From positions 92,905 through 156,904 of the forward strand of contig DAYH01000023.1 of the NCBI GenBank assembly GCA_002506825.1: a stretch of DNA of 64,000 nucleotides, read 5' to 3'. Positions 52,428-64,000 of this stretch are shown one piece after another. How positions within the stretch are numbered: the first letter of the stretch is position 1; the number at the start of each line of letters is the position of its first letter. A program made the translations under genes and the position numbers. The notes below the pieces were generated by a model that had not been told where the DNA came from, did not search any database, and saw only the letters and a list, made by a program, of their open reading frames with translations. The DNA comes from Euryarchaeota archaeon UBA103. Its GTDB lineage: Archaea; Thermoplasmatota; Poseidoniia; Poseidoniales; Thalassarchaeaceae.

Positions 52428-53183
52428 TCAATCCTCCTTAGAGTGAACATCGTAGAATTGGCCCCTAGAAAGTCCCACAAGGGCCATTCCAGAGAGAGTT
52501 AAGAGAGGACCAACGAACATTAATCCTCCGCTCCAGAGTCCTAAGAAAGAAAGTCCCCAGGTTTTCTTGTAACTGATTCCTTTTCTTGCCTCGAGTCCCC
52601 CCGCGACTCCGGCAAGACCAGTCAGTAGAGTAAAAACCGCAAATATTGTAGCAATCAATACTGATTCACCCAGATAGCTTTCACCCTGCATGTCCAATAC
52701 TTGCGTCCCTTCTCCCTCGATCAAAGTTATCGTAAACTGGGAGTAATCTCCAGGAATTAGTAATACATGGACAGTCACATTTCCAGTGTGTGCTACTTCC
52801 AACTTAACCGGCCTACGTGGAACATCTTCGATTGAGAATCTACCGCCTGAGTTTGTTGAATCGCTGCCTACTACTATTCCATCCTCGTCATAAAGTAAAA
52901 CCTCAATATCGCTTACACCTTCCGCACCTGACGAGTTACTAACTAGTTCTGAAATGACTATTCCTTCGACGTCTGCTGTCCCTCCCGATTCCTCAACTTG
53001 TCCCGAAAGAATATCACTCACATTGCCCGAAATTAGCATTATTCCTATGACGAAACCTAACAGTCCACCAATCCCTATTAATACCGCTCCGAGATTCCTA
53101 GTAGCAGAATCCGTAGAGAGGTCGGAAAGCCACATTTGAAGACTGGAAGAGCTATCCAAATCATCATCAAAGTCATCGATCAT
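52428..53183 (-). CDS. Membrane protein with a carboxypeptidase-regulatory-like beta-sandwich between TM helices
   Basis: VEGIVISE...VLLYDEDGIVVGSDSTNSGGRFSIEDVP resembles CarboxypepD_reg. The start is moved to MIDDFDD (53183), because the track start at 53282 overlaps the upstream gene by 110 nt. Confidence 0.45.
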   Translation of the reverse strand: MIDDFDDDLDSSSSLQMWLSDLSTDSATRNLGAVLIGIGGLLGFVIGIMLISGNVSDILSGQVEESGGTADVEGIVISELVSNSSGAEGVSDIEVLLYDEDGIVVGSDSTNSGGRFSIEDVPRRPVKLEVAHTGNVTVHVLLIPGDYSQFTITLIEGEGTQVLDMQGESYLGESVLIATIFAVFTLLTGLAGVAGGLEARKGISYKKTWGLSFLGLWSGGLMFVGPLLTLSGMALVGLSRGQFYDVHSKED

Positions 53184-54231
53184 TGAGCATCCCCTCATCC
53201 TCTTGTGATAGTGGAGGGAGATTAAGCTGTTCATTATGCCGATTAACAGTTTCTGGAGTTTTTTTATCCGCAGGCAAGTCATCCTGCCTCAAAAATATGA
53301 AGATTATCAGTAGAATCAAGCCTCCGATAGTTATCAAGACATTGTCTGAGAAACTGGAATCCTGTGCATCCTCACAAGACGATACACAGATATTTGCCTC
53401 AACGCCTGAGAGATTTGTCATTTGAACAAGGTACATGCTAGACCAATTCTTCCCAGTTATCCAAAATTCTGAATCTGAGATATGAGCGATTCCATTGAGG
53501 ACATTGTTGTAGCCATTATCATTTTTAGAAGAGAGATGGCTGGCATCATAGTCTCCCAACACCGTGCCATTAGAGGGATCGAATACCAGAATCCTATCCT
53601 GTTGCCAAATATTGGCCAGTACTCTTGGCCCGGACGGAGTGTTGACACATTCCAACTCATTTATTCTATTTATCAGGTTACCAAAACTATCTTTGACTGA
53701 AATTGTCCTTTCAATCTCAAAAGTTTCTGGGTTGCGAAAAGAAACAGTAGAAGTTCCATTGGACATGACAAATGAGTTCCCGTCAAAGCATATTCCCCAG
53801 CCCTCCCCTTCATACTCGTAAGAAGATATCTCAGACAGATTATCCATCTCAAAAACATATGCGGTTTGAGTCTCCCAAGTGAGCATGATGATGGTATTAT
53901 TGTACACTGTTATTCCTTCTGAGAAGATTGAGTCATTGAATGATTTCGATCTAATTATATCGCCGGTCCATGGATTGACTTCTCTTAAAGACGAATGGCC
54001 GTACAATCCAGTACTTTCGTATATACTACCATTATACATCTCTAGCCCCTGTGTAAAAGCTTCATCATGATGATTATGTTCGCTTAGTATCACGATTTCA
54101 TGTTCAATAGATTCATCGTATTTGGTGGTATTTTCAGCTTGTACTAATGATGAAAATAAGATCGATAAGACGAGGTAGGCGAGGAGTAAACCACTCCGCC
54201 TTGTACGACGCATGTACGAACGATGCTCCAT
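53173..54231 (-). CDS. Glutaminyl-peptide cyclotransferase (beta-propeller, plant/bacterial type), secreted and C-terminally TM-anchored
   Basis: FTQGLEMYNGSIYESTGLYGHSSLREVNPWTGDI matches the glutamine cyclotransferase signature. It has an N-terminal signal peptide and the C-terminal helix LITIGGLILLIIFIFL. Confidence 0.8.
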   Translation of the reverse strand: MEHRSYMRRTRRSGLLLAYLVLSILFSSLVQAENTTKYDESIEHEIVILSEHNHHDEAFTQGLEMYNGSIYESTGLYGHSSLREVNPWTGDIIRSKSFNDSIFSEGITVYNNTIIMLTWETQTAYVFEMDNLSEISSYEYEGEGWGICFDGNSFVMSNGTSTVSFRNPETFEIERTISVKDSFGNLINRINELECVNTPSGPRVLANIWQQDRILVFDPSNGTVLGDYDASHLSSKNDNGYNNVLNGIAHISDSEFWITGKNWSSMYLVQMTNLSGVEANICVSSCEDAQDSSFSDNVLITIGGLILLIIFIFLRQDDLPADKKTPETVNRHNEQLNLPPLSQEDEGMLNDR

Positions 54232-54280
54232 CGGTGTTAAAATACGTCTTAGAACCGATTCATCCTAGTTACAACACGGA

Positions 54281-57200
54281 GTGTTGAGTATGCCGAGTCG
54301 AGAATGTCGTGATTCTACAGTAAGTGCCACTTTTTTGGCCGTATTGCTAATTGTGACTAGTTTGTCTCCTTTGGCGTTAGCTGAAGAGATCGAAGATGAT
54401 GAAACGCACAGCTTTGTTGGCGACCTTAGTGAGTTCAATCCGGATGCCGAAGGAAGGCAATACCTATTCTCCGAATCCCCAATTCCGATTTATTCTGCAA
54501 CAGGATTCCTGAAGTCACAATGGCGTTCGGCCGGTTATCCAGATTTGTCCCTGCCATTTTCGGAGTCCTATGTCAATTCTAGATCAACTACAAGGAACTG
54601 TGAAAACGCCTGGAGCGTGGGAGATACTGATGATGTCGCTACAGCAGGGGGATCGATAGCGGCTACTGTGCAGAAAGTTTCCAGTAATTCGGCGATCTTT
54701 GTGGAAGATGGCCAAGTTATACCTTCAACTACGCTAAATGATATTGCTTCAACTTGGGAGTCTACGATATTTCCTACTGTAACCAGCTATTTTGGTTCCG
54801 CTCCGGATGTAGATAGTACTTGCCAGATTGAGATAGTCATATTCTCAATAGATGGCGGTGGTGGAATAGGCGGTTATTTCGTCCCAGGTCTTTCATCGTC
54901 TAAGGAGTCAGTATTCATGGATATTGATGATCTGAGTTGGAGGAACACCATTCTAGCCCATGAATTCCAGCACTTACTGCATAATGCTAGGGACCCTTTC
55001 GAGTATATCTGGATTGATGAAGGAGCCGCTGATATGGCCGCCTACCTTTGTTTTGGGGTTACCAGCTCCCTGACTGGCCATGCGAATGAATGGTCGCAGA
55101 ATTCCAATATGAGTGTCAGGTGGTGGAATCAGAGGATAGCAGATTATGGTGCTGGTTTCTTGTTCTTAATGTACCTATCAGATAAGTTGGGAGGGGCTTC
55201 TGCCATATCCACATTGGTTGCCGATACCGACACCGGTAGTAAAGGAATAGAAGACCTGGCTTCCAACCCCCCTGCCGGCTCGATCCCGATTGGAACCACA
55301 ATGAGCGATATTTTTGCTAATTTCACTCTCGCTGTATCAGTTGATAGTGGACAGGGGGCTTTTGGCTTCTCAAATCTTGACTTGAGCGCTGGTTGTACTG
55401 CGGCGTATGTTTGTAAGGCCCAGATGAGTGGTTTTAACGATCAGTGGGTCAATCCATGGACAAGCTCCCTACAAGAGTTGGAGGGATGGGGAATGAGGGC
55501 TTACAAGTTTAATCAAGGCTCTGGCGCCCCCTTGAATATCATGGTTCAACCCTCTGAATTCGGATTCGAGGGTGCTTTACTGGCCAAAGATAGCAGTACA
55601 GGAAGCTGGTCAATGAGTAGAATGAGGGTCGACCAGGTTACTGGCTCTGTGACGGGACTCATCCATGACTTTGGATCAGACATAGATGAGGTGTGGATGA
55701 CGACTTGGTATGAGTCCGCAGTTGATGATTGCGATTACAACTATGCCACTTGTGGAATTACCAGTGGTAGTTATCCCACTGCAACTGTAACTGTTCAAGC
55801 GATGCTAGTCACCGATCCTGCAGAAGTATCGATTGATTCGATCGATGATTTTGACAGAGACTCTGATGGATTATCAGACAGTGTGCAGATTGACTTAGGA
55901 GTAGTTTCTAACTCGTTTTTTGAAATACTTGAGGTAACGGTGGATGCTTTCTCCAACAACACTCTTGTGGATAGCAAAGTATTCTCCTTGACCGCGGGGA
56001 ACAGTGTTTCTACTGAAAAGAGTGTTTGGTTCACTCCTCCTTATTCAGGACAGTGGACTTTCGGGGTAAGCATAAACGATGTGACATCTGAACTTGTGGA
56101 CCAAGCTTTCTCCTTGCCAATTGATTTGAGTAACATGAAACCAGTTGCTTCTATTTCTGTCTCTACAAACTCAACCCAAACCTGGTTACCAGTCAATATG
56201 TTTGGATCGGGCTATGATGAATGGGGCTTCGGCATGGAGAATGGATCTTTCTCTAAGAATGAAACTCCCATAGCATACTATTGGGATTTAGGCGATAACG
56301 TATCTTCAACGCTAAAGAATCCTGTTCATCAGTATCTGGAGCCTGGCATTTACCCTGTCGTCCTTACGGTAATGGACCAAGGAGGTTACTTCTCAGAGTC
56401 TCAGACTTGGACTGTAATGGTCGAAGACACTAGTGACCCAATACCTGAAATTTCAGTAGAGGGAGTTGTAGTTTCAGAAGAGTTGGTTTTACTGACTAAT
56501 CAGCAGGTAATGTTTTCCGCCCTCGGGACTACGGATAATTTACCACTAGAAGAGCTGTATTTCGAGTGGAATTGGGGTGATGGAGAAATTGAGTCTGGAA
56601 TTGGGCTCTTCGAATCTAGTCATTCTTGGGTGGATGGCAGTGCCGAGGGAATTGTATACACCCTTTCCCTATTGGTTAGTGATGGCATTCATGAAGTTGA
56701 GCACACAATTTTCATCAAGATTCTGAATAGGGTTCCTCAGCAGATTTACGATGCTCAGCTCCAGACATATACCCTTACTCCACTGGCCCTTCCCTCTGTT
56801 TTCACAGATAGTGACGGAATGATCGTGGACTATGAATGGTCTTTCGAGGAAGGAGTCAATCTCGATGGAGGGGGCATGACTATGACTTCAGATTACTCTC
56901 AGACTTCATCTGATGCGGCCAACCCAGTCGTGGGATGGTTGACGCCTGGATTGAAAAATATCAGTCTTACAGTAACAGATGATGATGGGAACTCAACATT
57001 CGCAGTACTGCAGGTAAATGTGATCAATCAGAGGCCAGTCGCAGTTTTCTCGAGGCCTAGCGATGGAAATGTGGAGACAACTTACACATTCACTAGCTAC
57101 TCTTTCGACCCCGATGGAGACTCGTCCCAATTGTCTACATTTTGGACAATATCTGATTTAGAAGATCCTATTGAAAATGTCTCTTCAGTCAGTCATACAT

Positions 57201-58393
57201 TCATGAGTCCGGGACTCTACACCGTAACCCTGACCGTTACAGATGTACTTGGCCTAGAGTCCGCCCAGAAGTCGTTCACCTTGAGAATAGAAAATCCCCT
57301 TCCTGTCCCGGATATAGATTTCTCTTGCCCTAGTGTCAATGATAGCATACTTGAAAGAGAGCCTTTCGAGGAGGAGCAGGTAATTTGGCAGATTCCTCAG
57401 ACAGAAGCGGGTGGTGCATTCATCTCACCAGGAAGTCTGATGAAATTTGATGGATCTAAAAGCTACGACTCTGACCCCGCTTTCATTGACAAGACCTCTA
57501 CAGACCAGAATAGTGAGGATTGGAATGGAATTACAAGATGGATTTGGGATTTTGGCGATGCCACTCCTCAAGTTGAAGGAGCAGTGGTGTGGCATCAATA
57601 TTCTATTCCTGGCACTTACACTGTGACCCTCACAGTTGTAGATGGTTTCGAGGGAGGAGAGACCAACTCAACATACATCCTTGTCATTGTTTCCAAATCT
57701 CCTGAAATTCTGACTACCAATCCTGTTTCGTCAGATTATGTCAATATTGGAGACCTTGTTTCACTGAATTACAGTGTTTTCGATCAAGACCTAGAAGATG
57801 GCCTTGTTGCGTGGATGGATATTGACTCATCCGTAGATACGGATGGAGACGGCGATTCTACAAATGACAATGATAGGTCGCTATCGGGAGATTTGATAGT
57901 CAGATGGGACCTAGATGCTAGTATCGATTCAAATGGAGACGGAGATTACAAAAATGACTGGGACTGGAATCCACAGAATTGGAATGAGGAGGGAGAAATT
58001 AGGATAACTATGCAGGTATGTGATGCAGTAAATGTGTGTATCGATAGGGATTATGTGATCACTGTATTATCCACCGAGGATGAATATGTCCCTAAGTCCC
58101 TCTCCGATCTAACTTGGGAAGACATAGTCCCCAACAAGGAGAGCGGTGGACTTCTAGCTCTTGTCGGGCTCGTTCTCGTTTTAGGCTGGATAATCATGAG
58201 GCAAAAGGATGAAGAGGAGCTCGACGCCGACGAAATGATGGAAACCTACGATGTCGATGAAGTTGAGGCCGATGGGGGGTTGCCCGGAATGGATCAGCAT
58301 AAGCCTCCACCTCAGCCGAAGTACCTGTCTCAAGAAGAGCGTCGTGATTCTGACTCCGGTTATGTGCGCCCGATTAGAACAAGGAGGCGTTGA
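54281..58393 (+). CDS. Giant (1370 aa) secreted gluzincin-type metalloprotease with five PKD-like domains, acidic Ca-binding-like repeats, a TM helix and a cytoplasmic tail
   Basis: Signal peptide ...LSPLALA/EE. Zinc site ILAHEFQHLLH (54959..54973) with WIDEGAAD 15 residues later. PKD signatures are WDLGDN, WNWGDGE, YEWSFEEG and WIWDFGDA. The TM helix is LLALVGLVLVLGWIIM. Confidence 0.85.
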   Translation: MLSMPSRECRDSTVSATFLAVLLIVTSLSPLALAEEIEDDETHSFVGDLSEFNPDAEGRQYLFSESPIPIYSATGFLKSQWRSAGYPDLSLPFSESYVNSRSTTRNCENAWSVGDTDDVATAGGSIAATVQKVSSNSAIFVEDGQVIPSTTLNDIASTWESTIFPTVTSYFGSAPDVDSTCQIEIVIFSIDGGGGIGGYFVPGLSSSKESVFMDIDDLSWRNTILAHEFQHLLHNARDPFEYIWIDEGAADMAAYLCFGVTSSLTGHANEWSQNSNMSVRWWNQRIADYGAGFLFLMYLSDKLGGASAISTLVADTDTGSKGIEDLASNPPAGSIPIGTTMSDIFANFTLAVSVDSGQGAFGFSNLDLSAGCTAAYVCKAQMSGFNDQWVNPWTSSLQELEGWGMRAYKFNQGSGAPLNIMVQPSEFGFEGALLAKDSSTGSWSMSRMRVDQVTGSVTGLIHDFGSDIDEVWMTTWYESAVDDCDYNYATCGITSGSYPTATVTVQAMLVTDPAEVSIDSIDDFDRDSDGLSDSVQIDLGVVSNSFFEILEVTVDAFSNNTLVDSKVFSLTAGNSVSTEKSVWFTPPYSGQWTFGVSINDVTSELVDQAFSLPIDLSNMKPVASISVSTNSTQTWLPVNMFGSGYDEWGFGMENGSFSKNETPIAYYWDLGDNVSSTLKNPVHQYLEPGIYPVVLTVMDQGGYFSESQTWTVMVEDTSDPIPEISVEGVVVSEELVLLTNQQVMFSALGTTDNLPLEELYFEWNWGDGEIESGIGLFESSHSWVDGSAEGIVYTLSLLVSDGIHEVEHTIFIKILNRVPQQIYDAQLQTYTLTPLALPSVFTDSDGMIVDYEWSFEEGVNLDGGGMTMTSDYSQTSSDAANPVVGWLTPGLKNISLTVTDDDGNSTFAVLQVNVINQRPVAVFSRPSDGNVETTYTFTSYSFDPDGDSSQLSTFWTISDLEDPIENVSSVSHTFMSPGLYTVTLTVTDVLGLESAQKSFTLRIENPLPVPDIDFSCPSVNDSILEREPFEEEQVIWQIPQTEAGGAFISPGSLMKFDGSKSYDSDPAFIDKTSTDQNSEDWNGITRWIWDFGDATPQVEGAVVWHQYSIPGTYTVTLTVVDGFEGGETNSTYILVIVSKSPEILTTNPVSSDYVNIGDLVSLNYSVFDQDLEDGLVAWMDIDSSVDTDGDGDSTNDNDRSLSGDLIVRWDLDASIDSNGDGDYKNDWDWNPQNWNEEGEIRITMQVCDAVNVCIDRDYVITVLSTEDEYVPKSLSDLTWEDIVPNKESGGLLALVGLVLVLGWIIMRQKDEEELDADEMMETYDVDEVEADGGLPGMDQHKPPPQPKYLSQEERRDSDSGYVRPIRTRRR
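56139..57694 (+). repeat. Array of five PKD-like Ig-fold domains (coding repeat)
   Basis: Recurring W-x-(W/F)-G-D-G ... Y..(P)G.Y.V.LTV.D motifs appear about every 90-100 aa. Confidence 0.7.
58381..58387 (+). promoter_or_regulatory. Shine-Dalgarno-like AAGGAGG 7 nt upstream of ATG 58395
   Basis: Read directly from the sequence. It lies inside the end of the upstream giant gene, typical of an operon-internal RBS. Confidence 0.5.
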
Positions 58394-58394
58394 A

Positions 58395-59276
58395 ATGAAC
58401 CTTGTTAAGAGGCGTAAATTTTTGTCTGTTTTAGTCAATTTTTCTCTAGTATTTCCAGCTTCTTTTTTCGCTTTGATGATTCTATTTTCTCCAATTGCCT
58501 CTGCACAATCCACCGGCTCATGCGATGTTCCAGCAGTGAATAACCCAACTACATCAAATAGTATTTCTTTGGATTCTGTAGAGGATCGTTTCTGGAGCGA
58601 TGACACGCCCCTTTACGACCTGAGATCTGACGTCTTTGTAGACTTCACCGTTGACAATGATAGTGCGACTTCAGTATCCATGAAACTAGTTCCCGGATAC
58701 ATGTATACGTTTTGTATAAGCATAACGAGCAATCAAGATGACCCTCCTGTGAACCCCAGCTCTGATATCTATCTGATGACTGAGCCGAACTGGGATAGGT
58801 ATGTCATCGATTATGAACTAAGGGAGAGCGATGATTTCTTTGAAGCGTTTGACCAACTTCCCGTGGAATGGCGAGATATGGATGACTGGCTTCCTTTCAG
58901 AGATGTTCACGCATATGAGGATACCACCTATGTTGAATTCTCGGTCGCTATTGACTCCCCTGGATCAGGTTTCTTCGGAGGCGGTAATATCGCCTACTAC
59001 CTAGTAATAGATGGATGGGACAATAGAAGGCACACTAATGCGGATGCTAGTGGCGGAGATATCGATGTTGAGGTCCTGATAGATGTCGAAGAAAGGCTGA
59101 ATATCCCCAAATTTACTGCCACTCTTCTAGTCGGCTCACTACCACTTGCTTGTATAATATTGCCAATGATCATCCATATGAGATACATGGCCAATGGAAA
59201 AGAAAATATCGAAGCTGAAGAAAGGCGCGAGCTTCCTTACCTAGACAATGAAAACACAGATTTTCGAGACACCTAG
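58395..59276 (+). CDS. Secreted, C-terminally TM-anchored hypothetical protein; predicted mature N-terminus is Gln
   Basis: Signal peptide MNLVKRRKFLSVLVNFSLVFPASFFALMILFSPIASA/QSTGS and C-terminal helix LLVGSLPLACIILPMII. The start is taken at 58395 (with an SD), not the track's 58251, which overlaps the previous gene. Confidence 0.6.
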   Translation: MNLVKRRKFLSVLVNFSLVFPASFFALMILFSPIASAQSTGSCDVPAVNNPTTSNSISLDSVEDRFWSDDTPLYDLRSDVFVDFTVDNDSATSVSMKLVPGYMYTFCISITSNQDDPPVNPSSDIYLMTEPNWDRYVIDYELRESDDFFEAFDQLPVEWRDMDDWLPFRDVHAYEDTTYVEFSVAIDSPGSGFFGGGNIAYYLVIDGWDNRRHTNADASGGDIDVEVLIDVEERLNIPKFTATLLVGSLPLACIILPMIIHMRYMANGKENIEAEERRELPYLDNENTDFRDT

Positions 59277-60121
59277 GCATAACCCAAAAGTTTCCACGCA
59301 GTAGCTAAATCGGATACATTTATTTTCCCAGAATGAGATAAGTGCCAACCAGTCTGCATTGTCGAATATACGACATTCTGATTCAGAAGAGGGGCATGAA
59401 TTCTTACCCAGTCCCCTCCAGAACCGATTCCCATCAAAGATGCCTTTATGCTGGAATCCCTTAATTCCCAAGCGGCCTCAAATATCCTCAGGGCCCCCTC
59501 TGAACTAGAAATCGGATAGCAGATCTTTACCATGTCTCCATAGCTAACGTAATCCTCGATTTCAGAGATTATTTCCTTTGCAGGAGGAGGAGTCTCTTCG
59601 GAATGATGTGACGCTATCACCTGTGTCTTTCCCTTTGCTATTTTCATCAATGATTCCCTATCCTTAACCGAAATATCTACTTCTATATCTACCCAGCTGA
59701 CTTCACTCTTTATCGCGGTTCTAAGGACCTCTATTCTACTCTCTTCGTCCCCTGGATAGTTGCCTCCCTGTCTTTCAGGCCTACATGTCAATATTACTGG
59801 AAGTTCTATTCCTTGTTTGAATGAAGACAGTGCCGAATCGAGATCTATTGATTCTAAGGGAAGTACCTCATACTCAACTTCTCTCTTAGCCCTTCTTTTT
59901 GGATCTACTTCCTCCTCCGGATCCTCTATTTCCACTTCTTTGACCCAAAGATTGTCCAGTCTTACTTCGACTAAATCTGCCCCTGCCGCCATCGCTAGAG
60001 TGGCATCTTTGAGCATCTCATCCACGGTGTGACCACTTAGCACAACGCATACCTGTGGCACCTCCATGTACTGCTTCGACCCTAGGATTCTGTTTAATCG
60101 TGTCGTGTCAGTATGCATCAT
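59273..60121 (-). CDS. aroD: 3-dehydroquinate dehydratase, type I
   Basis: VCVVLSGHTVDEM...GADLVEVRLD and the later SHH and LMGIGSGG motifs fit AroD. I prefer the start at MMHTD (60121). The track start at 60205 adds 28 residues that look non-homologous. Confidence 0.7.
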   Translation of the reverse strand: MMHTDTTRLNRILGSKQYMEVPQVCVVLSGHTVDEMLKDATLAMAAGADLVEVRLDNLWVKEVEIEDPEEEVDPKRRAKREVEYEVLPLESIDLDSALSSFKQGIELPVILTCRPERQGGNYPGDEESRIEVLRTAIKSEVSWVDIEVDISVKDRESLMKIAKGKTQVIASHHSEETPPPAKEIISEIEDYVSYGDMVKICYPISSSEGALRIFEAAWELRDSSIKASLMGIGSGGDWVRIHAPLLNQNVVYSTMQTGWHLSHSGKINVSDLATAWKLLGYA

Positions 60122-60418
60122 ATTTTTTTCAATCGGGGAGGGTCGTAACCCACAATTTACTATCCTCATCAAAGATTGGGATTGGTAGATTTGAATCTGA
60201 AACATGATTTATTATTGATAGAAAAACCATTCTCCAATACATCTCATATGCCTCATCTGATGAACGAGAATAGTAGACTATCACAGAATATTAATTGTTC
60301 AGAAGAACGGTAATATACTTTTTTCACGGAGAGGATAAACTAGTGAAATTGAACGATATTGACGAATATATTAGCAGAGTTGAATAACCACCTGCCATCA
60401 GATTATAGCATTATGATT

Positions 60419-64000
<3,582 letters not shown>

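Noticed and set aside
53184-53282. N-terminal 33 codons of track ORF 52428..53282
   Set aside because: They overlap the 3' end of the glutaminyl cyclase gene by 110 nt. The internal Met at 53183 gives a compact junction.
58251-58394. Upstream extension of the 58395..59276 gene
   Set aside because: It lies inside the end of the giant metalloprotease gene in another frame. ATG 58395 has an AAGGAGG 7 nt upstream and begins a textbook signal peptide.
60240-60310. Possible C/D-box sRNA (CTGATGA at about 60256)
   Set aside because: No properly ordered D', C' and terminal CUGA boxes are present on either strand.

Overview
Compact (about 90% coding) chromosomal segment. I support 49 protein-coding genes and found no rRNA, tRNA, CRISPR array, transposase or integrase by eye. 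The gene content is archaeal: ribosomal protein L40e, membrane LonB, NMD3, exosome cap Csl4, archaeal-type AspRS and UPF0147. It is mixed with bacterial-type modules: GyrB/GyrA, SufCBD, CcmABCD, a KAS III/FabH-like enzyme, RmuC and an M23 peptidase. That mix fits a planktonic Thermoplasmatota-like (Marine Group II/III-like) archaeon, but this is inference only. All family calls come from motif recognition in the translated ORFs; no searches were run. Four genes missing from the ORF track were recovered by hand: a 5' partial PAP2-like gene (1..519, minus), rpl40e (6214..6372), a ccmD-like 39-codon ORF (36517..36636) and the 5' part of gyrA (62399..64000). The points most worth following up are listed below.
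1. A tightly coupled 7-gene operon (15229..22385) combines a flavin reductase, a LuxA-like LLM monooxygenase, a formyltransferase, an SDR, an asparaginase-II-family protein, an ALDH and a KAS III. I cannot assign it to a known pathway.
2. A Csl4 exosome-cap protein is fused to an RGG box, a CxxC-x17-CxxC zinc ribbon and an RRM. It sits in an operon with an RNA methyltransferase and a radical SAM/HhH protein.
3. Four giant C-terminally anchored surface proteins take up 27% of the window. One is a 1743-aa mosaic of reeler-like, RCC1, TSP3 and about 17 tandem Cys-pair repeats.
4. A zinc-ribbon rhomboid lies 25 nt upstream of a TM-anchored, zinc-ribbon-tailed subtilisin.
5. The ccm locus has fused ccmA-ccmB and no ccmEFH in the window.
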